From positions 9,953 to 73,952 of the forward strand of contig JBKOZS010000085.1 of NCBI GenBank assembly GCA_046726015.1: a DNA stretch of 64,000 nucleotides, written 5' to 3'. Each line of letters opens with the position of its first letter. Position 1 is the first letter of the stretch. Positions 42,481-51,791 of the stretch are shown here, in pieces. The notes below the pieces were generated by a model, which was not told the origin of the DNA, did not search any database, and saw only the letters and a program-made list of their open reading frames with translations. The DNA is from Acidobacteriota bacterium (GTDB taxonomy: Bacteria; Acidobacteriota; Vicinamibacteria; Vicinamibacterales; 2-12-FULL-66-21). Made by a program: the position numbers and the translations under genes.

Positions 42481-43140
42481 GTGAGCGCCCTGGGCATGCC
42501 GTCGACCGACGAAGAGCTGGTCGCCCGATCGATGGGGGGCGACCTCGACAGCTTCAACCAGCTTGTCCTGCGCTGGGAGCGGCCGATTTACGCCCTCGCG
42601 TACAGGGTTATCGGCCGCGAGGAAGATGCGCGCGACGTCTGCCAGGAGACCTTTCTCCGCGCGTTCCGCGCGCTGAAGGGATTCAAGGGGCAGGCGAAAT
42701 TCTCATCGTGGCTGTATCGCATCGCCTTGAACTTGTGCCGCGATTGGATCCGCCGCGAGCGCCGGCAGCCCATCGCGCAAGCCCCCGAAGGGGTCGACCT
42801 CATCGACCTCGCGTCGGAATCGACGCCGTCCGAATCGGTCGAAGAGCTCGTCGCACGGCGTGAGATCAGCCGCGCGGTCGCCCGAGCGATGGCGGATTTA
42901 CCGGACGAACAGCGCACCGCGATCATTCTGAAGGAGTACCACGGGCTGACGTTCCAGGAGATTGCGGATCTCCTGGATTGCCCGTTGAGCACAGTGAAGA
43001 CACGGTTGTACCAAGGCCTGACCGTACTGCGGAAGCAACTCGCACGGGAAGGTATGCAAGGCTCGGCGCGATCCGCGGATCATGCGGACCGCGGCGATCG
43101 CACGGATCAGATTCGTGTGATCCGTGAGATCCGTGGTTGA
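42481..43140 (+). CDS. ECF-type RNA polymerase sigma factor
   Basis: 'ARDVCQETFLRAFRAL...FSSWLYRIALNLCRDWIR', 'GLTFQEIADLLDCPLSTVKTRLYQG'. GTG start, or ATG at 42496. Confidence 0.85.
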   Translation: MSALGMPSTDEELVARSMGGDLDSFNQLVLRWERPIYALAYRVIGREEDARDVCQETFLRAFRALKGFKGQAKFSSWLYRIALNLCRDWIRRERRQPIAQAPEGVDLIDLASESTPSESVEELVARREISRAVARAMADLPDEQRTAIILKEYHGLTFQEIADLLDCPLSTVKTRLYQGLTVLRKQLAREGMQGSARSADHADRGDRTDQIRVIREIRG

Positions 43141-43152
43141 TGAACAGGGACT

Positions 43153-43920
43153 ATGACGATGTGTGACAAGGAACGAATCCTCTCGTACGTATACGAGGAG
43201 CTCGATCGGACAGAGCGCGCGCAGATGGAAGCGCATCTGAAAACGTGCGCCGAGTGCCGCGACGAAGTGGCGGGACTGCGCAGCGTGCGCGTGGATCTCG
43301 CGACGTGGACGCCGTCGCAGCCGGAGTTTGGTTTCCACATCGTGCGCGATCGCAAGCCGACGTGGCGACAGTGGTGGACGCCCGCGTTTGCGCTCGCCGC
43401 GGCCGCGGTGCTCGTGCTCGCCGTCGCGTCAGCCATCGCGAACGTCGACGTCACGTATGGCAACCAAGGCTTCAGCGTGCGCACCGGCTGGGGACGAGCG
43501 ACCACGACCGTCCAGCGTGCTGCCGAGCCGCCGACCGGAAAGCCCGAGCCGACGTCCACACCAACAGCGAGCGAGGTGCGTGAACTGTACGCCGCGCTTG
43601 ATTCGCGGCTTCGTCAGCTCGAAGCTGCGCCCCGTCAGTTGCCGATGCAGCAGGCGGCGTTCAAGAGCGTGCGGCAATCCGATGATGCGATTCTTCGGCG
43701 CGTGCACGATCTGCTGGCACAGAGCGAGTCGAAGCAGCAGAAGGAGCTCGCGCTGCGGATCGCGCAGGTGATTCGCGATGTCGACGCGCAACGGGTTGCG
43801 GATCTCAATCGCATTCAGCAGGGCCTCGGACGGATCGATGCGATGACCACGTACGAAGCGCAGACGCATCGCGATCTCACGAATTACATCCTGGCGTCGT
43901 CACGCCAGCAGCAGAAGTAG
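43153..43920 (+). CDS. anti-sigma factor (zf-HC2 type) with one transmembrane segment
   Basis: 'HLKTCAECRDEVAGL'. TM segment 'WWTPAFALAAAAVLVLAVASAIA'. Confidence 0.7.
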   Translation: MTMCDKERILSYVYEELDRTERAQMEAHLKTCAECRDEVAGLRSVRVDLATWTPSQPEFGFHIVRDRKPTWRQWWTPAFALAAAAVLVLAVASAIANVDVTYGNQGFSVRTGWGRATTTVQRAAEPPTGKPEPTSTPTASEVRELYAALDSRLRQLEAAPRQLPMQQAAFKSVRQSDDAILRRVHDLLAQSESKQQKELALRIAQVIRDVDAQRVADLNRIQQGLGRIDAMTTYEAQTHRDLTNYILASSRQQQK

Positions 43921-43935
43921 GACAGGGGTGCAATT

Positions 43936-44739
43936 GTGAAGCGAACAGCGATTCTGGCGGCTGCACTCGTAGCGGCTGCTTCGACGGTCTCGGCCCAGGA
44001 TGCGCCGGCACGCGGCGACGCTGCCGAGATTCGCAATCAGATTCGGTTCATGGAAGGGAACCTCACGCAGGCCGTGCGTGCGGGCGCGCAGAATGTGGGT
44101 CGCCGGTTGCAAAGGTACGAGCCGAGCAGCCTGTTCGTGACGAGTGACGCGCGCGCTCGTGGCTTCGTGCTCGAGGGGTATGGCGTCTTCTTCGACGTCG
44201 ACGTGCCGACGATGCGGCAGAGCGTGGTGTGGACAATGCGCACGCTGCTGCAGCAGCGCGAAACGGAGATAGCCACCCTGCGCCAGTACATCGCGAACGC
44301 GCCAGATGGCGCCCGGCGCCGGGACGCCCTTGTGCGGCTGCGGCAGCTTGAAGGCTCGCACGATGCCGCTCCGGCGCCGGTCGCGCAACCCGCCCCTCCG
44401 GGCATGGCGGCCGCCGCGACTGTGAATGAGACCACCACCGTGGCGTCGACGACCGCCGTATCGGAGGCCGACCTCTCGGATCCCAACGCGCTCTACACCG
44501 ACGAGGTCAAGGGTGCGCTGATCGACGCGATGCTCGATTTCAGCACCCGCCTGAACATCGGCGCGAACGAGTGGCTCACGGTTGCGGCGCGCGACAGCGA
44601 AGGACCGATCATCCCGAATGCGCTCGACGAGACTACGACGATCGTGCTGCGCGTGAAGGGCAGCGATCTGCTCGCGTTCCACACGAAACAACTCTCGCGC
44701 GAGGAGGCGCGCAAGAAGGTCGAGGTCCGCGAGTTCTGA
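43936..44739 (+). CDS. hypothetical secreted protein
   Basis: Signal peptide 'MKRTAILAAALVAAASTVSAQD'. Co-oriented with the sigma/anti-sigma pair. Confidence 0.5.
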   Translation: MKRTAILAAALVAAASTVSAQDAPARGDAAEIRNQIRFMEGNLTQAVRAGAQNVGRRLQRYEPSSLFVTSDARARGFVLEGYGVFFDVDVPTMRQSVVWTMRTLLQQRETEIATLRQYIANAPDGARRRDALVRLRQLEGSHDAAPAPVAQPAPPGMAAAATVNETTTVASTTAVSEADLSDPNALYTDEVKGALIDAMLDFSTRLNIGANEWLTVAARDSEGPIIPNALDETTTIVLRVKGSDLLAFHTKQLSREEARKKVEVREF

Positions 44740-44753
44740 TCTACAATCGGCAG

Positions 44754-45245
44754 ATGCGGGCTGTCGCGGCTGCGGGCGCGATCCTTCTCGCGGCCTCAGC
44801 CGCGGGGTGCAGCAAACCCGTCGATCTCAAGCAGGTGCTGAAGATCGACGTCTCCAGCGCCGGCTACTTCGATGCCGGAATCGTCGACGGGCGCAACAAG
44901 CTCATTCCAAGCGTCACGTTCACGCTGATCAAAAGTATCAACGAAGTCCTCAGCCCTCTGTCCCTCAACGTTGCATTCAAGCGCCTCTCTGGCCCCGGCG
45001 GGGTCGAAGAGGATTTCGATGAAAGCTTCATCCAGGGCGTGAAGTTCGTCGGCAACGAGGCGGCACCAATCACGGTCAGGCCGAAGGCGGGCTATACGGG
45101 TGACCCGCCGCAGTCTCGCGCCGACATGTTGAAGAACAGCCAGTTCCGCGATATCCGTGTGCACGTCTTCGCGAAGCACGGCTCCGGACAATGGGTGGAG
45201 ATCGGCCAGATCGATCTTCCTCGTCAACTGATCGTGCACCCCTGA
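44754..45245 (+). CDS. hypothetical lipoprotein
   Basis: Start trimmed to 'MRAVAAAGAILLAASAAGCSKP' (lipobox). Confidence 0.55.
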   Translation: MRAVAAAGAILLAASAAGCSKPVDLKQVLKIDVSSAGYFDAGIVDGRNKLIPSVTFTLIKSINEVLSPLSLNVAFKRLSGPGGVEEDFDESFIQGVKFVGNEAAPITVRPKAGYTGDPPQSRADMLKNSQFRDIRVHVFAKHGSGQWVEIGQIDLPRQLIVHP

Positions 45246-46627
45246 TGCGCGGCGTGCCGCAAACGCCCGCGCTCGAGCGGCGGCTCGGTCCACTCGACGC
45301 CGCGGCCATCGTCATCTCCAACGTCATTGGCGGCGGCATCTTCTTCGTCCCTGTCGTCGTGGCGCAGCTCGTGCCCCACCCGGCCGCGATGATCGGCGTG
45401 TGGCTGCTGGGCGGCGCGCTCGCGTTTGCGGGGGCGATGGCGTATGCCGAGCTGGCGGCGCACAAGCCACACGCGGGTGGCGAATACGTCTACTTGCGCG
45501 AAGCGTTTGGCCCGATGGCGGCCTTCCTCAGCGGCTGGACGTCGTTTGTGGCGGGCTTCTCGGGCGCCATCGCGGCAGGGTGTGTCGCGCTCGCTGATTA
45601 CATCGGCCGTTTCATTCCCGCCGCGGCCGACACGACGCCGCTTGTCGGCATTGCCGGCCTTTCAATCTCGCCACGTTCAATCGTCGCGCTCACGCCGATC
45701 GTGGTGCTCACGATCATCCACGTGCGCGGCCTCGGGCCCGGCCGCCTGCTCCAAAACGCGCTCGCGGGCATGAAGGTCAGCGCCATCGTGGTGTTCATCG
45801 CGCTCGGGTTCACGCTCGGCCACGGTGATGCTTCGCACCTCGTGGCCGGCGGCAGCACCGCACCGGTGTCGCTGTTGCTCGCGCTCGTGCCGGTGATGTT
45901 CAGCTACTCGGGCTGGAACGCCGCCGCCTATGTCGCCGAGGAAGTACGCAATCCGAGCCGCAACGTTCCACTGGCCCTCGCGCTTGGCACGGCCATCGTC
46001 ATTGTGCTGTATGTTGCGCTCAACGCGCTCTACATCTATGCGATGCCGCTGCCGGAGCTGGCGGCGTTGCCTGGCGGCCGCTTGATCGACACCGTGGCGG
46101 AGCGTCTGTTCGGATTTGTCGCGGGCAACCTGCTGGCGGTCTTCACCATTGTGAGTATCGCGGCCAGCGTCAGCGCGATGGTGCTCGCCGGTCCTCGCGT
46201 GTATTACGCGATGGCGCGTGACGGCCTGTTCGTGCCGATGGCGGAACGTGTCCACCCGCGCTTCCACACGCCCGCCGCATCGATCATCGCGCAGGGAATC
46301 TGGAGCGGCGTCCTCGTGCTGTCGGGAACGCTCTCGCAGCTGGTCAGCTACACGGGCTTTGCGGTCGTGCTGTTTGCCGGGATCGCGGTGGTCGCGGTGT
46401 TCGTGTTGCGGCGTCGCGATCCGCGGCCGCGGTCCTTTGCGGCGCTTGGATATCCGTGGGCCCCCGCCATCTTCGTCGTGGCGAGCGCCGCGATGATCGT
46501 CAACGAGCTGTGGCGCAACGCGGCCACGACCGCGGTGGGCGTCGCCATTATCGCGGCGGGGATTCCCGTGTATTTCCTGATGCGACGAGCGCCCACAGTG
46601 TCAGCAATGCCAGGGCACCGTCGCTGA
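45245..46627 (+). CDS. APC-superfamily amino-acid permease
   Basis: 'ISNVIGGGIFFVP', 'AELAAHKPHAGGEYVY', and multiple TM segments. The ATG overlaps the upstream TGA (TGATG). Confidence 0.8.
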   Translation: MRGVPQTPALERRLGPLDAAAIVISNVIGGGIFFVPVVVAQLVPHPAAMIGVWLLGGALAFAGAMAYAELAAHKPHAGGEYVYLREAFGPMAAFLSGWTSFVAGFSGAIAAGCVALADYIGRFIPAAADTTPLVGIAGLSISPRSIVALTPIVVLTIIHVRGLGPGRLLQNALAGMKVSAIVVFIALGFTLGHGDASHLVAGGSTAPVSLLLALVPVMFSYSGWNAAAYVAEEVRNPSRNVPLALALGTAIVIVLYVALNALYIYAMPLPELAALPGGRLIDTVAERLFGFVAGNLLAVFTIVSIAASVSAMVLAGPRVYYAMARDGLFVPMAERVHPRFHTPAASIIAQGIWSGVLVLSGTLSQLVSYTGFAVVLFAGIAVVAVFVLRRRDPRPRSFAALGYPWAPAIFVVASAAMIVNELWRNAATTAVGVAIIAAGIPVYFLMRRAPTVSAMPGHRR

Positions 46628-46934
46628 ACGAGAACAGCAGGAACGATCTGGGAGAGTTCCGCACGAGGTGATCGATGAGAAACGCGCACGCGCCGGCCCC
46701 CTTGAGGCCGGGTCCCATCACCCACAGGTACCACCGCGCGCCACGCGGATCACGCCACGGAAAGTAATAGCCTGCTGCGACGGCGAGCAGAAAAATCGCG
46801 TTGAGGTCGGAGAAGATCTGCGGTTGCGCCGGCGGCACGCCGAACACACTGGCCAGTCGATCGGCGGCGAACAATAAAAGGAGGCCGACCGCCGCGTCGT
46901 AGATGCCCGAGATCGCGGCGATCAGCCTCAGCAC
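46548..46934 (-). CDS. hypothetical small membrane protein (about 4 hydrophobic segments)
   Basis: Hydrophobic-helix pattern, not Arg-rich. Its 3' end overlaps the convergent permease by 80 nt. Confidence 0.5.
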   Translation of the reverse strand: MLRLIAAISGIYDAAVGLLLLFAADRLASVFGVPPAQPQIFSDLNAIFLLAVAAGYYFPWRDPRGARWYLWVMGPGLKGAGACAFLIDHLVRNSPRSFLLFSFSDGALALLTLWALVASGNTRESPPR

Positions 46935-46951
46935 GTTCCCGTCTCTGATTT

Positions 46952-47014
46952 CGAAGTCCGAACTTCGGACCTCTAAAGCCGGACCTCGGGCCTCGACCCT
47001 CGGACCTCGGCACC
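46952..47014. repeat. 9 x heptamer tandem array (CGGACCT family), reverse-complement orientation of the obg array
   Basis: cgaagtc cgaactt cggacct ctaaagc cggacct cgggcct cgaccct cggacct cggcacc. Contains a small hairpin, gtccgaa-c-ttcggac. Confidence 0.8.
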
Positions 47015-47018
47015 TGTC

Positions 47019-48077
47019 TTACTGCAGCTTCTTCAGTTCCCCCTGATACGTGACCGTTTCATCCGGCGTGATCAGCACGTCGAACTCCGCGGTCTCGTAG
47101 CCGTCAGCCTTGATCTCGACCTTGTGCCGGCCGCCGTTCAACGCAAGCTTCTGGAACGCACCGTCGAACTGATCGACCTCGCCGACGAAATATCCGTCGA
47201 CATACACCTTCGCGTGGCGCGGTTTGACCTTCAATCGCACGTGACCCGAATCAGCACTCCCGTACTGGACGCCGCCGGTGTAACCGCCGCCGCCCCCATA
47301 TCCATAGCCGCCATACCCGTAGCTCGAATACCACGGGTCGTACCACGGATCGTAGAACATCGGCCAGCCCAGTCCGAGCCCGTAGCCGAAGCCGAGCCCG
47401 AACCCCGGATAGTACCCGGCCCGATACGGATAACCGTAGTAGGGGTAGCCGTAATACGGGTAATAGAAGGGATCGTAGTAGTAGCGATTGTGACCGTAGC
47501 CACCCTGACCGCCGATCGGTGTCGTGCGCTCGGTTGCCGTGCCGCTGACCGGACGGCCACCACGCGGTCGGCTCCACGACGGAACCTCCCCGTTCGTGCG
47601 CGAAGGGGCCGCGTTCGATCCGCCGGAGCTGCTGCTCGTCGTGGCATCGCCGCCCGACTTCGACGTGCTGCCCGACGAAGATCCGCTGCCACGAGGGACA
47701 GCGCGATCGCCGCCGCCGCTGCCGCCACCGCGATGCTGCGAGCCTCCGCTGTTGCTGCTCCCTCCACCGCCGCCGCGACGCTGGGGCTCCGAGTACCGCG
47801 GCGCGCTTCGGTCTGCGGCGCCAAATGACGGAGCTGCCGCGCTCGAAGACGGAGCCGAACTCGTGGACTCGACCGACGAGCCGCCGGACGCGGTCGAGCC
47901 GCTACCGCCCGAGTTGGAGCCGCCGCCCGACGGCGCGCTGCGCTCGACCGCGCGGTCGGCAACGGGTGTTGAGCCCCTGTCTTGGGTGGGCCGTTCGCGC
48001 TGGCCTGCGAGCACCGGTGCGCTCATCAGCGCAAGCCCCGCGGCGGCCATACCGACCCTGTTGAGAAGACCTTTCAT
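47019..48077 (-). CDS. secreted protein with long Gly/Ser and Tyr/Gly/Pro low-complexity regions and a C-terminal PEGA domain
   Basis: Start trimmed to 'MKGLLNRVGMAAAGLALMSAPVLAG'. PEGA-like 'VRLKVKPRHAKVYVDGYFVG...HKVEIKADGYETAEFDV'. Confidence 0.7.
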   Translation of the reverse strand: MKGLLNRVGMAAAGLALMSAPVLAGQRERPTQDRGSTPVADRAVERSAPSGGGSNSGGSGSTASGGSSVESTSSAPSSSAAAPSFGAADRSAPRYSEPQRRGGGGGSSNSGGSQHRGGGSGGGDRAVPRGSGSSSGSTSKSGGDATTSSSSGGSNAAPSRTNGEVPSWSRPRGGRPVSGTATERTTPIGGQGGYGHNRYYYDPFYYPYYGYPYYGYPYRAGYYPGFGLGFGYGLGLGWPMFYDPWYDPWYSSYGYGGYGYGGGGGYTGGVQYGSADSGHVRLKVKPRHAKVYVDGYFVGEVDQFDGAFQKLALNGGRHKVEIKADGYETAEFDVLITPDETVTYQGELKKLQ

Positions 48078-48242
48078 GATGCGCTCCTTGCGCAAGGACC
48101 TACTTGTCCGTCCCTTCATTGTGCAACAGATCTGCCACGGTCGAGGCCCTCGAAAAGGGGCGTTTTTGCGTCCCGGCCCCGCTTGGATGTACTCCCGAGA
48201 GAGCATCCGTCCCGTTCTGCGGCCAGCTGCGCCGCGTCACCC

Positions 48243-48312
48243 CGGCTGTCCCCTTTATTTGCGAAAAAAGGGGGCTGTCCCCTTTTTCTGTGTGTAGGCG
48301 GCTTGCCCCCGG
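48243..48312 (-). repeat. second copy (reverse orientation) of the GGGGACAGCC-motif element, intergenic
   Basis: The reverse complement of 48243-48290 is aaaaaggggacagcccccttttttcgcaaataaaggggacagcc. Hairpin at 48264-48288. Confidence 0.8.
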
Positions 48313-48426
48313 CTTGGCCACCGTAGTGTGGCAACGCGAAGGTGAAGCCCGCGCTCGCGTGTACGCGTCGAAGGCGGGACCATTTGATAGACTGCGGAGA
48401 AGGTCGCTGGTTCGGCCCTCCAGATC

Positions 48427-48954
48427 ATGCTTCACGCGACAACAGTGCTGGCCGTCCGTCACGGGGACCACGCCGTGATGGCCAGCGACGGCCAGGTCAC
48501 CTTCGGCGACACCGTCGTCAAGCAAAGCGCGCGAAAAATTCGCCGGCTATACAACGACAGGGTTCTGGCCGGGTTCGCCGGATCGGCCGCGGATTCATTT
48601 GCCCTGTTCTCGCGATTCGAGGCAAAGCTCGAACAGTACCGCGGCAACCTCGAGCGGTCGGCCGTCGAGCTCGCGAAGGATTGGCGAACCGATCGCATGC
48701 TCCGCCGTCTCGAGGCGATGCTGATCGTGATGGACACCCACGCAACGTATCTCCTGTCAGGCAACGGCGATCTCATCGAGCCCGACGACGGGATCGTGGC
48801 GATTGGGTCGGGTGGCGGATACGCCATGGCTGCCGCCAAAGCGCTGGCACGGCACACGGGACTCGACGCGCGCGCGATCGCGGAACAGGCCATGCACATC
48901 GCGGCGCAGATCTGCATCTATACGAACGACACGCTCACGATCGAAGTGCTCTAA
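48427..48954 (+). CDS. hslV: ATP-dependent protease subunit HslV (CodW-like N-terminus)
   Basis: '[25 protein letters not shown]', '[10 protein letters not shown]', 'GSGGGYA'. Confidence 0.93.
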   Translation: MLHATTVLAVRHGDHAVMASDGQVTFGDTVVKQSARKIRRLYNDRVLAGFAGSAADSFALFSRFEAKLEQYRGNLERSAVELAKDWRTDRMLRRLEAMLIVMDTHATYLLSGNGDLIEPDDGIVAIGSGGGYAMAAAKALARHTGLDARAIAEQAMHIAAQICIYTNDTLTIEVL

Positions 48955-48963
48955 AGGCCGCTC

Positions 48964-50346
<1,383 letters not shown>

Positions 50347-50348
50347 GG

Positions 50349-51791
50349 TTGGATGTGCAACGTTCTTCCGTGTTCTTCCGCGTTGTTCCGTGGTGTGTCC
50401 TCCTCTCACTGGCGGTCGTTGGTTGCGGGAAAAAGGGACCACCGCTCGCGCCGCTGAATCTCGTGCCGGAGGCGGCCACCAGTGCCAGAGCGCGCCGGCT
50501 TGGCGACACCGTGTATCTGCAGATGTCGGTGCCGCAGAAAAACGCCAACGGCCCCGGGCCCGTTGCTCTCGACCATCTCGAAATCTACGCCGTGACCGCC
50601 GCGCCGGGCGTTCACACCCCGTCGAATCGCGAGCTGTTCGCCGGCTCGCGCATCATCGCGCGCATTCCGGTGAAACCGCCCGTTGACCCGGACGAACCGC
50701 CTGCAGAGGACGATGCGCCGAAGGACACGCGTCCAGGTCCCGGCGATACGATCACGTTCGCGGAGATCCTTACCGAAGCGCAGTTGAAGCCGCAGATCCT
50801 GCCGGCGCCCGGGCCTGCGAACGAGGCATCAGCACCCACCGGCGCACCTGCGGCTGCATCGGGCACTGCCGCGCCCGCGACTCCGGTCACCGCTGCCACG
50901 GGAACGCCGGACGAAGATACACCGGCTCCGCCGTCGAACCCACCGGCGGTTGCCGCTGTCCCCGCGGCCGGGGGGACATCGATCGGCGGAGCGCCGACAG
51001 CAACGACGCCGTCACCCGAAGGATCCGCCGCGCAGACTGCACCGGCCGCTGCGCCGTCAGCCGCTGCGCCGCCCGCGCCTGCCCCGCCGCCAAGCGTGCC
51101 GACGCGCATTTATATCGTTCGCGGGATCACCAAGCGGGGCCGGGCCGGCTCGCCGTCGGCGCGGCTGGTCGTGCCGCTCGTATCACCACCCCCGGTTGCG
51201 ACGGCGCTGGCGACGGCGTTCACGGAGACGGCCGTGAAGGTGACGTGGTTTCCGCCCGTTGCCGAAGGGCCGTCCGCGCCGCCGATGTCGTTCAACGTCT
51301 ACTCCGCGGCCCCAAAGACCGATTCAGGCGAGACGGCCGCGCCGACACCGCTGAACGACCAGCCTCTGTCGGCACCATCGTTCGAGCACGCGGGCGTGGC
51401 GCCGGATGTGGAGCAATGTTTTGTCGTGCGGACCGTCCAGACGATCGCCGGCACGGCGATCGAGAGCGAGCCCTCCGCGCCGGCGTGTGTCACGCCGCGT
51501 GACACGTTTCCGCCGGCCGCCCCCAAAGGTCTCTCGGCCGTTGCCGGCCCCGGGGCGGTCAACCTGATTTGGGACGCGAACACGGAACAGGACCTCGCGG
51601 GCTACCTGGTCTTGCGCGCCGAGACGCCGGATGACACACTGCAGCCGCTGATGAGCGAGCCGACGCGCGACACTCGCTACCGCGACACCACGGTGAAGCC
51701 GGGCGTGCGTTACGTGTATGCGATTGTCGCGGTCGACCGCGCCGGCAACCGCAGCCCGGCGTCGCCGCGAGTCGAAGAGACCGCTCGATGA
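50349..51791 (+). CDS. lipoprotein with Pro/Ala-rich linker and C-terminal fibronectin-III-like domain
   Basis: Lipobox 'LAVVGCGKKGPPLAPL'. About 150 aa of P/A/T low complexity. 'PKGLSAVAGPGAVNLIWDANTEQDLAGYLVLR...YVYAIVAVDRAGNRS'. Confidence 0.6.
   Translation: MDVQRSSVFFRVVPWCVLLSLAVVGCGKKGPPLAPLNLVPEAATSARARRLGDTVYLQMSVPQKNANGPGPVALDHLEIYAVTAAPGVHTPSNRELFAGSRIIARIPVKPPVDPDEPPAEDDAPKDTRPGPGDTITFAEILTEAQLKPQILPAPGPANEASAPTGAPAAASGTAAPATPVTAATGTPDEDTPAPPSNPPAVAAVPAAGGTSIGGAPTATTPSPEGSAAQTAPAAAPSAAAPPAPAPPPSVPTRIYIVRGITKRGRAGSPSARLVVPLVSPPPVATALATAFTETAVKVTWFPPVAEGPSAPPMSFNVYSAAPKTDSGETAAPTPLNDQPLSAPSFEHAGVAPDVEQCFVVRTVQTIAGTAIESEPSAPACVTPRDTFPPAAPKGLSAVAGPGAVNLIWDANTEQDLAGYLVLRAETPDDTLQPLMSEPTRDTRYRDTTVKPGVRYVYAIVAVDRAGNRSPASPRVEETAR

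Noticed and set aside
16802-48206. Long N-terminal extensions in the ORF track (e.g. 16802-18007, 18206-19036, 20844-21854, 37407-38630, 38189-38845, 39195-39818, 40148-40939, 44571-45245, 47019-48206)
   Set aside because: The extensions overlap the preceding gene, are Arg/Gly/Pro-rich, and are followed by internal starts. Those starts give proper signal peptides, lipoboxes or 4-nt start/stop overlaps. Starts were trimmed accordingly.
48427-48450. HslV catalytic Thr not at position 2 ([10 protein letters not shown]), which could mean a wrong start or a pseudogene
   Set aside because: Bacillus CodW-type HslV homologues carry a similar short N-terminal extension (...FHATT..., from memory). The rest of the protein is intact, so I do not treat this as an anomaly.
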